From assembly GCA_951406725.2 (NCBI GenBank), contig OX597814.1, positions 128,092,001 through 128,156,000 of the forward strand: a stretch of DNA of 64,000 bases, read 5' to 3'. The position numbers were made by a program, and so were the translations under genes. Below are positions 26,511 to 40,450 of this stretch, piece after piece (position 1 is the stretch's first letter; every line of letters starts with the position of its first letter). The notes beneath the pieces were generated by a model. It saw nothing but the letters and a program-made list of their open reading frames with translations. It was not told the origin of the DNA and ran no database searches. The stretch is from Octopus vulgaris. Lineage: Eukaryota.

Positions 26511-27619
26511 GTACTTTAATCCCTATGAGATCACTAAGTGGCTTGCAAGACAAGGACATCTCAGCTGAAGAAGGGAGAGAAACTGAGAGAAGTGGCCATG
26601 TGTCAGGTGAAAAGTTGGAATATGACAGAGGTTCAGGGATAGTTGTCTTTCAACTGAAGAGATTAAGAGATTAAGTAGCTATGATTAATGTAAGGCACAG
26701 AACTGTATCTATTTTAGTGGTTAGGGTTTTTGGACACACAATCTTAAGGTACTGATTTTGATTCCTAGACTAGGTGGCATACTGTTCTTGAGCAAAACAC
26801 TTCATTTTATGTTGCTCCAGGTCACTCAGCGGAAAATGAGTACCAGTAATAGCTGGAAGTTAACCCTGCAATGGACTGGTATCTCCATTCAGGAGAGAGT
26901 ACTGTACTCTTGGTTGTTCATATGCCATACAAACAGGGATAAACTGTAACCGAAAGAGTCTGTAGGATCGTAGCAAACTTAAGACCTAAGTTTCTATGGC
27001 TTTTGGTTTTGTCTGATGTACAATAGATGCCAGGAATGTGTCTCTTCATGATTATATATCTAATCTGAAATCTCGATTCACAGTTTTATTCTTTGTCATG
27101 CTATTGTTGTTTGATTCCAGGTCAACTTAGTCCAGCAGAAGTATGATTAAAGGTATCTTAGCCTTGGCCATTGCGTTTTCATTAGGATATAATGTATTTA
27201 GAACTGTATTAGCTAACGTGTCTCATTTTAAAGAAAATAATGTATGATCAGGGGAATATTTCACTGTTATTTCTGTCTGAGTGATTATATAGAGGTTCAG
27301 AGATATTAATTGTTAATACAGATAGTCTGAAGATGATACTGTTTATTAGTACAGACAGGTACTATTTGTTGACTGATGAATGTACTGTTTGATACCTCAG
27401 ACAGATCAAGGTACTGTTTGTTAATACACATAAACTGTTGTACTATTTTATTTTATACATGTAAACTGAGATAAGCTATTTGTTAAGATAGACATGCATA
27501 ATTACTAAACGGTGCACTAGTGATGGATCTGTCTTAGCATGCGGCTGGCAGTGAGTACATGATATTGACAAAGTCCAATGCAGTAAAAATATACATATAA
27601 TGAAATTATTGTATACAGT

Positions 27620-28180
27620 GCTCAGGTGCACCACAATTTGTCAAAAGTGCGTATAAAGCATATGCAGTAGTGTACAAATGTCTGGGAAGTGAACAGTGTA
27701 TGAGTCAGATACATGCTTACGTGTGTATGGAGGGGAGAAAACCAGGTGTAGTGTTGGCAAATCTCAGGAAGCATGGAAGTTTTGAAGGATGGAGTGCTCC
27801 GACAACTAACAACTGATGCCGGCAGTTTGTTCCATATGTCAGCAACTCTTAGCGTGAAAAAATGTTTCCGAGAGTCATGGGAGCTGTGCTGTTTTCTGAC
27901 TTTGTAAATATGTCCATGGGTGTTAGACAGGTGGAGTTTGAAAAGGTGCTCAGAGTTATTGTTTGTAAGATGGTTAATAATTTTATGGGTGTCTGCCAAG
28001 TCAGCTGCCAGATGTCAGAGTTTCAATGTATCCATGCCCAGGGAAGTAAGGCGTTCAGAATATGGCAAATGTCTGATGGAGGGTATTCTCTTGGTTGCAC
28101 GTCGCTGAACAGCTTCCAGACGATTAATATCCTGGGCAAGATAGGGGTTCCAGACCGGTGATGCAAATTCCAGGTGAGGT
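27620..28180 (-). mobile_element. CR1/L2-group LINE 3' fragment
   Basis: SPVWNP...INRLEAVQRRATKRIP...THGHIYKV...RKHFFTLRVADIWNKLP..VV...SFK; a related decayed copy lies at ~16920-17600. Confidence 0.8.
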
Positions 28181-28344
28181 TTTAACTGCTGTTGTTAAAT
28201 GACTTTGGTCTGCTGCTCTTTCAGTTTTGTGTTCTTAAAGAAAAGGATTTAAAAAATGTTTTTTCTGTTTGATTCAAAAATTGTTTTCCAAAGTTTTTCT
28301 CAAACATCTTATGCCATCCTTTGTCTTTCTCTACTTTTTCTCAG

Positions 28345-28946
28345 ACAATCATTATGCAGAACTTTCAGATGTGGTACCAAATTACATGAAACATTCTCCA
28401 AAAGCAGCAAACTGTGAGAAATTTGAACACCCCTTAGAAATCAAAACATTTGAGGATGATCCACCTAGTTCCATTGGCAAAATCAGTCCCCTTACCAAAA
28501 ATTGGTCATGGATTAATGAAGAACCTGAAAAGGAGAGTAAAGATACACCTCAATTTAAGCTCCAAGATGGTGTCTCTAACAGAGCTTATGATGCTGGTGA
28601 TTATATGGTGCCTGTCAGCGAACGGTCTGGAGAATCAACGGCAGATGAAAAAGAAGATGATGATACAGAAGTTCATTATGAGTATGAGAGCCAGCCACAA
28701 TATCTTGAACTTGACGACTCTGGTAACAAGTCAAAAGTTCCAGCTGAATTAAAGCCGACACTTCCTAAATTAGATGATGACTTGCCTCCACCATCACCAC
28801 CTGCTCTACCACCTCCACCCCCACATGAACTCAGACCCCTTCAACCCTCCCCTGTAGCACGACCAAGAGGGAGGCCAGCAGCTCAAAGTGCAATGTTATC
28901 ACAAAGAAAACTTCCACCTTTGCCAACACGACGTAAACGCCATTGA
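28345..28946 (+). CDS. Gene A terminal coding exon: Tyr- and Pro-rich cytoplasmic tail
   Basis: tctcag|AC phase 1; DNHYAELSD...DYMVP...YLEL...PPPSPPALPPPPP...RKLPPLPTRRKRH, stop TGA at 28944-28946. Confidence 0.9.
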
Positions 28947-29203
28947 TCTATTTGGCTGCTTATTGACATCAAAAATAATTATGCACACACACACACACAT
29001 ATATATAAATAAATATATATGTATATATATATGTGTGTGTGCATGTATATATGTATATATATGTATATATATATGTATATATATGTATGTATATATGTAT
29101 ATGTAAATATATATGTATGTATATGTATATATGTATATATATGTATGTATATATATCTATATATATATATATATATATATAGATGTATGTATATATACAG
29201 ATG

Positions 29204-29262
<59 letters not shown>

Positions 29263-29734
29263 ATAAGATGAAAGAATAGAGAGGTTAATTAATAAGTTAT
29301 TATTTATTAATTCAAAGATTGACAAACATCCCTTACACCTGTTTCAATTCCAGACCTTCAGAAAATTAACTGAATTAAAAATTATTTGAAAATCGAATCT
29401 CTTCAGAGGTCGACTTTCAAATAATTTTTAATTTAATTAATTAATTTTCTGAAGGTCTTGAATTGAAACAGCTGTAAGAGATGTTTGTCAATTTTTATTA
29501 ATAAATTAATAAAAAATAATAAACAATTAATAGATAATGATTTATTAATTACCTCCCTATTTCATCAGCTTATTATTATAATAAATAAATATATATAAAC
29601 TACGGTTTATATAGTTACCTTGCTGTTGAGTATTAAATGTAATGTTGAATATTCTTTGTATAGGTAACTAACCAGCACTTGCTTAGGATTTTGCTATTCC
29701 TGAATGAGGATTGTAACCTTTAATTGTGCTTATG

Positions 29735-29777
<43 letters not shown>

Positions 29778-30835
29778 GTCTGTGTGCATGTGTGTGTGTG
29801 TGTTTACAATAACAAAGGATAAAATTTTAAAAAAAATTTGTCAGTGGCCCGCATATAAAGGTGAAATTATATATATAATTATAATTAAGGGCATAGAAAG
29901 AAATTTATCTAGATTATATGGTGAAAATAGATGCTAAATCATATCTCCACTTAAAAAGTCACAAATTTACATATGTGCTGAAATCGAAGCAACAAGCTAA
30001 CAGAAGTTAATAACCATATAGATAGCCTTGGATTAGCTAATTTTTGGATTTGCCCAATGATATTCCTTCTTCAGCAGGACACACATACAGGAAATAAATG
30101 AGATATTTAGCATCTATTTTCAGCCTATTGGGTAGAAAAATTGTTTTTCTATGCCCTTACTTATAATTATATATATATGTGTGTATATTATATACATGTA
30201 TGTATGTGTATATATGTATATAATTGAAGAAATTGGAGTTAACAAGAAGGGGTACTGTTGGATATTTATTTTTTAATCACTACAATTGTTTCAATGCAGT
30301 GTAGTTCTCCAGGTGTGCAGGTACTTGATTATGCAATTATTTCCCTGCATTATGAGATCTAGTTGTGTTTCCTCAGGCAATATGTAAATCCCGCTGCATC
30401 TACACATTCAAAGCAGTCCGCCAATGGCCCTTCAGCAACAAAACATCCTGATAAGCTAAGTGATAAGCTAAGGATGTTCTTGAAGCTGAGGATTTTAAAC
30501 TTATGGAGACAATATTTACATATTGCCTGAGGAAACACAACTAGATCTCATAATGCAGAGAAAGAGTTGCATAATGAAGTACCTGCATACCTGGAGAACT
30601 ACATTGCTCAAAACAATTGTAGTAATTAAAAATAAATGTCCAACCTTACTCCTTGTTGACTCTAATTTCTTCAGTTACCTATTCACACACAACAGATGTC
30701 CAAAAGCAAACCTGGAAGTATATATAATGCACAGGATAAATAAATTAAAGGTTACACAGGATAGCACAAGATAAATCTGAAGGTGGACAAGCTCTATACT
30801 GTACTCTACTCAGTTCTTTACAGAACATACTGTTT

Positions 30836-30898
<63 letters not shown>

Positions 30899-32012
30899 AC
30901 ATATATATATAAATGCTGCATATATTATGAAAGAGAACTTCATCCTAACCACAACAATAATGTACCACAAATGATCAACTGTAAAATTACTGACTTCTTT
31001 GTTTACATATTCCAGAGGTTTTCTCTAGAAATGTATTTACATTTAAAAAAAAAAAAAAGAAAAGAAAAAAAAGCAATATTTGGCAATAATATTGTCCATA
31101 ATATAAACTTAACTATAATATTTGAACATAATATAAATAACTCATTTTAAATGTTTTAAAATATATATAAAGTGTAACATAAGTTTGTGAAATGAAACCT
31201 GTATGTGTAAGAGGAGTGGAAGACAGAGACTGTGTCATAAATATATATGGTTATCTATGTACATTTACAAATACATACACACACACATATACATATACAT
31301 TCATACATTAAACAACATACAAGATAAATTCTTGATTGCTTGAAATTATCTCCAGTTCCAAAGAGGGCAAACCAATTACTTAGTGGCAATTGGAACCAAC
31401 TCCAATTGAGAAGGGGAAATAATCTCGAGAATGAAAAATTCTCCACAACTGATATACTATTTATGAAAAGACAATCTGATTGTCTTAAGTGAAGATGGTA
31501 GCTGTGGACACATATTTCTGACTCAAAAGATATCCCCAGTACACCTTTATCTCTCTCTGTTATTCAAATGTGTGCCATTTTTTACTTATTTATGCAAATT
31601 ACTTAGGCCATAAATGTGTCCTACTTTTTTGTATGTGTGTGGAGTAAAAATAAGGTAGGACAATTGCTGTGCTGATGATGCCTATTGAGGCAGAAACACT
31701 CACATGGCTATCCTTTGTCTCAGTTATCTTATCCTTAATAGCATGTCTGTTGTGGAGAACTTTCGATTCTTGAGATTATCTGCTCTTCTTGTTTGGAGAT
31801 TTGGAGTTGCTATCAGCTGCCAATAAGTGATCTGTCTATTTTCTCTGAAAGCTGAGATAATTTCAATAAATCAACAATTTATCTTGAATACTTTTTTTTT
31901 ATATATGTATAACCTTCATCTTTGTTGATTAATGAGAGAGAAAAATATAAATACATCCACGCTCACATGCGCATGATATAAATATTATATGCATACATTA
32001 TACACACACACA

Positions 32013-32077
<65 letters not shown>

Positions 32078-32777
32078 GGCATCCTTTATGTCTCAGGAGA
32101 CAATGGAGTTGTGCATAAAATAATCTAATCCGGCTTTTACATTTGATGTTCTAATACATCTCCTGCTGTGGGTATGTAGTCGTATCCTGGACAAACACAC
32201 CCTCTGGCAGGTGCCACAAATGTAGCGAAGATTTTGCCTGGCTGGTTGTAATGTCATAGTTTCTTGTTGACATCTTTTCTTGTCTTTCCATTTATATATA
32301 TATATATTCTCACACATCTACCTTACTACAAATATTTGATCTGCACACCCCCATCTACTCCTAAAACCACACTGCTCCTCCCTTAGTACACTGTCATATA
32401 TATATATATGGTTGGCCTGGGGCTATAGTAAAAGGCACTTGTCCAAGGTACCACTCTGCAGGACTGAACCCAAAACCACATGAAACAGGATGATTATTTC
32501 CCTCCCAGTGGTATTACAATATTCTGGACATTATCCCTAAATCCCCACAGTATACATGCTTATATATATGTACATATTGATGTGTAGTTGAGAATTCTTC
32601 CCAACCACGTGATTTCAGTTTCAGTCCCAATGTCTAGTATCTTGAGCAAGTCTTTTCTACTACAGCCCTAGGCTAACCAAATCCACTTGTGAGTAGATTT
32701 GGTTGGTGGAAACTGAAAGAAACCTATTTTATGTGTGTGTGTGTGTGCGTGTGTGCATGTTTGTATGTATGTATGTA

Positions 32778-32810
<33 letters not shown>

Positions 32811-35652
32811 ATGTATGTATGTATGTATGGTGTGTGTATTTAAAAATTGATATACTGCAAGTGGTAATTTTATTGTCATTTCTCTTGTCAACAAATTGCC
32901 CAGTAGCTTCATGCCTATGAAGATATCCCTTGCAAGTCAAGGTTTATGATAGGAAGGGTGTGTGGCTGTAAAATAGTACCTTGATAATATAGTCATCTAA
33001 CTCATGCTAGGAGGGGAAAATGAACGTAAGCATGGAGAACGGACGTTAAACGACGATGATGATGATGATGATGATATATATATATATATATATATATATT
33101 CCATCGATGAGATCCAGAGATTCTTAGTATAGAAGACACTTAGTAGCACTCAAAAATTCAAACTTAGACTCCAATGTCTTTACAGGGGACCAATTCCATA
33201 TCTGCTCTATTGAGCAGATATAGAGGCAGTTACATGGATAAACAAATTAGGTATATTAAATATAATATAAAATATCTATATATGTATAAATGCAAAATGA
33301 GAGAAAGCAAAAAGTGGAGAGTTCAAGACGATGAATATTTAAGTATAAATATATAGATATTTGTATTAATAGATCCAACTCACACAGAGTGCAAATGACA
33401 GAGAAAATTAAAGGAGTGGAAGAAAGGTGTTATAAGTCCAACAACTGTTTCTGGGGGCTCAGAGATCCATGATAATGTTGATAGATGTACTTTGTCATAA
33501 TATGCAGCCATAATGGAGGCAAAAAAACATTGGTTAAGATGAGCCTTCCTATCAGGGTAGATAAGATCTTACATTTCAGACCTTAATGCAGAGAAGTTCA
33601 AAGATGGAACTACGTCTGCTAACATTACTATGGATCACCAAACACCCAAAAACAGCTGTTGGACTTTCTTCCACCCCTTTAATTTTCTGTCATTTGCACT
33701 CTGTGTAAGTTGGATCTGTAAATATAGATATCTCTATATTTATACATAAATATTCATCATCTGAAAGTCTCCACCTTTTGCTTTCTCTTGTTTTGGATGT
33801 GTACATATAAACATGTTTTGCATTTTGTACCCAAACTATTGTATTATATTTCATATATCTAATTTGTTTATCTGCATATTTGCCTATATATATATATATG
33901 TAATATGCATATATATACATGCACTCATGCAAACATATACTCATGCGCAAGTACATATAGATGTTTTGTACTTTTCAACAAAATGCTGTTTTAACTTTGT
34001 AAAGGATGTTATTCTATGATTTTTGGATCCCATATTGTATAATGATATTCCTGTGTGAACATTTTATTCGTTAAACAAAAAATACGTGTGGATATTTTTG
34101 ATACACTTTGTCTATGTATATATGTACCATATATGCTCGAAAATGTTGCTTTGGCAAATGTATAATTAGAAATGTTATATTTTGGTATATTTCTTAGTTA
34201 AGTAAGAAACAAGTGCTTTCAAATCTGATCTGTCATATTGTCACAGAGTTACTGAATATAGTTTTAGATAAGTCTATTTGTTTGTACTATTACTAAAATT
34301 GATAGAAACATGTAAATACCTGTAATGAAACATATATCTGCAATAGTGGGTGTTGAGCTCCTAATTACAATCAAGGTATTGGTCTATTTAGGTTAGAATA
34401 TTTTAATCTCTACAGTTAGTCATGCCAAATATGGAGTGTAAATATTAACTTAGCTGAAGTTGAGATAAACCACTTGAAGAAATTAAAGGCTCACTGTGTT
34501 AAAGTTATAAACAACTTTGAAATGTTTAATGTGTTGAGATATTGATAATATAATCCTTATAAAGAGGTCCTTAATATATGTCTCCGCATCTGTTGTATCA
34601 AATAGGGTATCTGGTAGGTCTTCGGTTCAGTTATATAAAATTAGACAGTAGCTATTGTAGAAATATAAATATCATTGAATTTGTGCATGATGTTTAGTTT
34701 GGGATGTTTCTCCTATTTCATATTACATAGGGCCATGGTTAACTGTTGATATCAGTCCTACAAAAATAAACATATATTTGAAATATAATTGTTGTTGATA
34801 ATCTTTAATGTTGAACTGAAGAAATATTTGATGCAATTCTACTGCTTATCAAATTCTGCAATTTTCCTTTGTTTATTTTTTCCCTTCTTTTTTCTTCTTT
34901 TTTTTTTGTATTTTTGTATTTGACTTGCTGGATCTGGAGGCCTTTTCATGTTCTTCAGAACTGGTGAGATTGATGCTGTTAAGGATCTGCTAAAACTGAG
35001 TCAAGCCAAAACTAGTAGGAGAATCAAAGGCAAGAGCAGGAAAGATATTCCAAAGGACCAACATTCTAAGAAAAAGGAACTGAGATTTAATAGTTGTTGT
35101 AGGTTCAAAGGGTTGAACACAGGTGATGATAGGAGAGGCAAGTGAGTTGGAAATGCCTTGCTGAATGTGACATGAATTCTGCCACCTCTAAGGAACGGAG
35201 GTCTAAGTAGCAATAAAATAGTGGACTGTGGATTGGAGCATGTCTGTGAATGACTTTATTCTGTGTCTATGAAATATAAAATGAATACCATATTTTCCAG
35301 CAAAGACATTTTAAAGGTAATGACAGAATCAGTCAAAATTGAATTTCTGTCTCATTCATCTTCAATTTGTATTTTCTCTCAGTTCCTCATCCTTCAGATT
35401 TTAATCATCTCATCCTTACACTTCAAATACCTTGTTACCTTTTGTTATGTGTCTGCTACCTATTAAAAATAAATTTTTAACTTTTTAGGCACAGGAGTGG
35501 CTGTGTGGTAAGTAGCTTGCTTACCAAGAACACGGTTCCAGGTTCAGTCCCACTGCGTGGCACCTTGGGCAAGTGTCTTCTACTATAGCCTTGGGCCGAC
35601 CAAAGCCTTGTGAATGGATTTGGTAGACAGAAACTGAAAGAAGCCTGTTGTA

Positions 35653-35703
<51 letters not shown>

Positions 35704-37280
35704 TTTATTTAAAGCAGCAGAAAATTCGACAAAACCTGTTACTCTGAGTTTCACGTTCCTGTTCGTCGCACAGTTTTTGCTAGAATAGAACCGATCTATT
35801 CTAGCAAAAACTCTCCGACGAACGGGAACGTGAAACTCAGAGTAACAGGTTTTGTTGAATTTTGTGCTGCTTTAAATAAAGCATATTATTGTACCACTGG
35901 TATTTGAGTACTCTTTTTTCCACCTTGTTTCACATTAATGTGTTTACTCCGGTATATACATATATATGTATATGTATGTATATGTTTGTGTGTTTGTGTT
36001 TGTCCCCTCAACATTGCTTAACAACCGATGGTGGTGTGTTTACGTCCCCATAGCTTTGCGGTTTGACAAAAGAGACCAATAGAATTAAGTACTAGGCTTA
36101 CAAAGAATAAGTCCTGGGGTTGATTTGCTCAACTAAAGGTGGTGCTCTAGCATGGCTACAGTCAAATGAATGAAACAAGTAAAAGAATAAAAGAGTAATA
36201 GATGCAGGCATGGATATAGGGTTAAGAAGCTCACTTTCTAACTATGTGGTTTCAGGTTCAATCCCTCTGTGTGGCACGTTATATATGTGTATGCATGTGT
36301 GTGTGTGTGTTTACCCCACTAACCTCTTCTGCTTGGCAACTGGTGTTGGTTTGTTTATGTCCATATTGTTTATTGCATCAGCAAAAGAGACCTACAGAAC
36401 AAGTACCAGCCTTAAAAAAAACAACAAAAAAATCCCTAAGTACTGGGGTTGATTTGGTTAACTGTAACACTTCAAGGTGATGCCTCCATATAGCCACAGT
36501 CAAATGACTTAAACAAGTAAAAAATAAGAGGCTAGAAAAACATGTTTTGAGAGAAAATAAACCTTAAGAAACCAGGGAAACAAGGAAATGTATTTAGTTA
36601 CAGAAAATGCCACCCAGATGTCATAGACAATGTATAAATAAATGTGCCTTTTTAAAGCCTAGCCAGGCTCATGGGTCTGGTTTCCCGGATTCTATGGCGC
36701 ATGTGTTCCCCAGCTGGATGGGATGCCAGTCCATCGCAGCGTTACTCATTTTTGCCAGCTGAGTGGACTGGAGCAACGTGAAATGAAGTGTTTTGCTCAA
36801 GAACACAACGCGTCACCCAGTCCAGGAATCGAAACCACAACCTTACAATCATGATGCTGACACCCTAACCATTAAGCCGCGCACCTCCATCACAGACAGT
36901 GTAATAATTATAATTTGTAAGATTACTTTGAAATCTTTCACTTAACTTATTTAGATCATCATTCTGTTGGCAGCATCTTTAAATGACATTAATTTATGAA
37001 CAAAGCGACCGACTCTTTAGAGATTGGTTTCAAATTTTGGCACAAAGCCAGCAATTTTTGGGAAGGAGTAAGTCATTTACACCAACCCCAGGGCCCCTGA
37101 AAGGATGAAAGGCAAAGTCAACCTTTTCAGAATTTGAACTAAGAATATAAAGATGGATGAAATGTTGACAAGCATTTTGTCTGGTGTGCTAACCATTCTG
37201 CCAGCTCTCTGCCTTTATCTCTTTTGAGATTAATAGAAATGAACAATGTAGAAGCAATACTGAATGGATTATTTCAACAG

Positions 37281-37286
37281 TTTATT
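37281..37286 (-). terminator. Candidate polyadenylation signal AATAAA of gene B
   Basis: tttatt on the + strand, about 100 nt downstream of the stop, just before a SINE. Confidence 0.55.
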
Positions 37287-37382
37287 GTTTGTACATACCG
37301 TCAGGCTATAAAAAACAAATTAGACAAAATACAAAATGGCTGAAAGAGCAACTTTTAAAGTCAGCCTTTACATTGACTGTTA

Positions 37383-37488
37383 TTAAAATACAAAAGCTAT
37401 CCAATTAGTTGTTATCATTAAGATAAGAAGTAGAAGAGACATTTTCACATTTGGTCCAGTTGCCACCCGGCAATGTAAAAGATGTAAC
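37383..37488 (-). CDS. Gene B terminal exon: closing Cys and hydrophobic GPI-signal-like tail
   Basis: tttcag|G phase 2; LHLLHCRVATGPNVKMSLLLLILMITTNWIAFVF, stop TAA at 37385-37383. Total CDS 2466 nt = 821 aa + stop. Confidence 0.8.
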
Positions 37489-37544
37489 CTGAAATAAAAA
37501 GAGTATTTTTGAAATAGTTATGTCACTTCTGAAGTTTTATGGAA

Positions 37545-38350
37545 TATTGTGTTGTGTCAAAAGTTTTAAACAATATGCTGGTATCGTATTTGCTTTATTC
37601 ATCAAGTTTCATCAAAAGCAGTCTAGTGTAGCGGCACAAGCAGTCAGCACCATATTGGATGAGATCTCACAGCAGCCATTGCCATCTCTGAGACTGGAGC
37701 GAGACCTCACCTGCATCCATTTGCCATGTGCGAGATCACAACGAGGCTTGCGATGGCAAACTGTATATAAGGGCAAAACAGAAACAGATTGATTTTCTCT
37801 CTCTCTGCTTCTACGCAGTGGCGCTTGCTAAGCACACTTCACTGGCTGTGCTTGTCTGCATGTTGTACCTCCAGAGGCAATGTGCCTGCACTAATGGAGA
37901 TACAACACCACACACACAGCTCGAAATGGTTGCTGAGAGTAACGCACTTCACCTGTTCTGTGAAACTTGTAAATAAACCAGTTGTAAATCACATTTGTCG
38001 GAACCTGAACTACACAAAGAACAAGATATAATGGGAGAAGGCAATATTCTCCTGATATCGTAAACCTTGCCTTCCATTATACTAGCATTCAAAGTAGAGG
38101 CCACCATGTTGCACCATCTGAAGTCGCCTTTCTATCAGTTCTTTAATTCTATGTTCATACCAGTTCTTGTTCTTTGAGGTGAAGAACTCCTTCACTGAAG
38201 CTTCCACTCTCTCTTTGTTGATGAAGTGTTGTGATTGCAGGAAGTGAACCATGAATCAGAACTTTGAATGCTAGGCTGCTTGTGTTGTGGCTTGATGAAT
38301 GAAAGAAATAAGTTACCAAGATATTGCAAAACTTTTGACTCAACACAGTA
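37545..38350. mobile_element. Internally deleted and rearranged mariner element
   Basis: Degenerate TIRs (tgtgttgtgtcaaaagtttt.../...aaaacttttgactcaacacagta); the - strand at 38082-38253 encodes a mariner C-terminus VHFLQSQHF...VEASVKEFFTSKNKNWY...IKELIERRLQMVQHGGLYFEC*. Confidence 0.7.
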
Positions 38351-39862
38351 TTAAAAGAGCAGTTTACATGCATTTAATTTGCATCTCCAAACGAGTCATC
38401 ATCATATCAATTAGCATCCATATTCGTGCATCCATGGCACATTAAAAATACCAGTCGAGCGTGATCGTTACCTGCATCACCTTACTAGTACCTGTGCTGG
38501 TGGCACATGAAAAACATTTGAGCAAGGTCGTTGCCAGTGCCTCTGGACTGGCTCATGTGCAGGTGGCACATAAAAAGCAGCACTTGAGTGTGGCTGTTGC
38601 CAGTACCGCCTGACTGGCCCTCGTGCCAGTGGCATGTAAAAGCACCCACTACACTCTCAGAGTGGTTGGGATTAAGGAAGGGCATCCAGCTGTAGAAACT
38701 CTGCCAGATCAGATTGGAGCCTGGTGCAACCATCTGGTTCGCCAGTCCTCAGTCAAATCGTTCAACCTATGCTAGCATGGAAAGCAGACGTTAAGCGACG
38801 ACGATGATGATGATGATTCCATGCTGGCATGGGCTGGATGGTTTGACAGGGTTTGATAGGTCAGGGGACTGCATCAAGCTCCAATGTTTGATTTGGTATT
38901 GTTTCTATGGTTTCTAAGCCCTTCCTAGCTCCAACCACTTTAGAGAGGGTACAGAGTGTTAATTGGGTTTTTGCTACTGCCACTAATGAGGTCACCTAGC
39001 AGCTTGCAAAACATGACCTCATGATTGGGCAGAAGGATGTGGTATAAAGGGAAAAGGCTTATGTCAGATGTTGACGAGCAAGAATATGGTAGATGAAGAG
39101 AAACAAATGTCTTGCTGTATAAAAACTTAAATCAATATAATTTTTGTTAGTAACCCAAAAGTTAACCAATCTCATCATCATCATCATCATCATCATCATT
39201 ATCATCGTTTAACGTCCGTTTTCCATGCTAGCATGGGTTGGACGGTTCAACCCGGGGTTTGGGAAGCCAGGAGGCTGCACCAGGCTCTAGTTTGATCTGG
39301 CAGTGTTTCTACAGCTGGATGCCCTTCCTAATGTCAACCACTCCATGAGTGTAGTGGGTGCTTTTTACATGCCACCGGCACAGGTGCCAGGGGAGCATGG
39401 CAACAGCCACAATCGGTTGGTGCTGTGACATCATAATATTGTTTATTTACTGTAACCGATATCAGGTTCAGTTCTCATCCCCACTTGTGTTTATTTTAAT
39501 TATCCAGGCTATAGACTGTTCTTGGGAACCCCTGTGTACCAAATCAGTCAAAGAATTCAGGCAAAGAGAAAGTTCCAAGATCCGAACATGCAAGTAGAGT
39601 TTAAAACTATGAGAACTGTGAAAGTAAACCTAGAAGATACACAAACCCTGGTTAATAAAGAAGAATGCAAAATTCTAGTGCCCTCGGGAAATTGGCCTTG
39701 CTTAGTATGCAGAAAAGGTGTCTGTCGGACCCTTAAAGTATGCATCCAGTGTAAAGTATGTATACATCTTTGATGGCAAGTCTGCTCAATCTGACCAAAG
39801 GGTAAACAACCACCACCACTGCCGCCGCCGCCGTCACCACCACCACCGCCACCACCACCATC

Positions 39863-39896
<34 letters not shown>

Positions 39897-40450
39897 AAAC
39901 AGCAACAGCAGCAGCAACAATAATCCTTTCTACTGTAAACACAAGGCCTGAAATTTTGGGGGAGGGCCTAGTTGACTACATCAACCCCCCAGTACTCAAC
40001 TGGTACTTAATTTATCAATCCCGAAAGGATGAAAGGCAAAGTTGATCTCAGTGGAATTTGAACTTGGAAGATAGCAACAGACGAAATACCTATTTCATTA
40101 CAACCCACAAGGGGCTAAACACAGAGAGGACAAACGGATTAAGTCGATTATATCGACCCCAGTGCATAACTGGTACATATTTAATCGACCCCGGAAGGAT
40201 GAAAGGCAAAGTCGACCTCGGCGGAATTTGAACTCAGAACATAGCGGTAAACAGAATACCGCTAAGCATTTCGCCTGGTGTGCTAACAATTCAGTCAGTT
40301 TGCAGCCATAACAACAATAACAATAATAACTACAACAATAGCAGGACTTATCAATGTCTGTGCAACCAACAGTTTGCATACATTGATTCACAACTAACCC
40401 GTTAGAATCATCAACATAAATGCCAAGTATTTATTTAATTTACAACTTAC

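Noticed and set aside
29000-37280. 7TM exons for gene B on the - strand
   Set aside because: No hydrophobic multi-helix coding segments seen by eye; the region is repeats and AT-rich unique sequence. Very small exons cannot be fully excluded.
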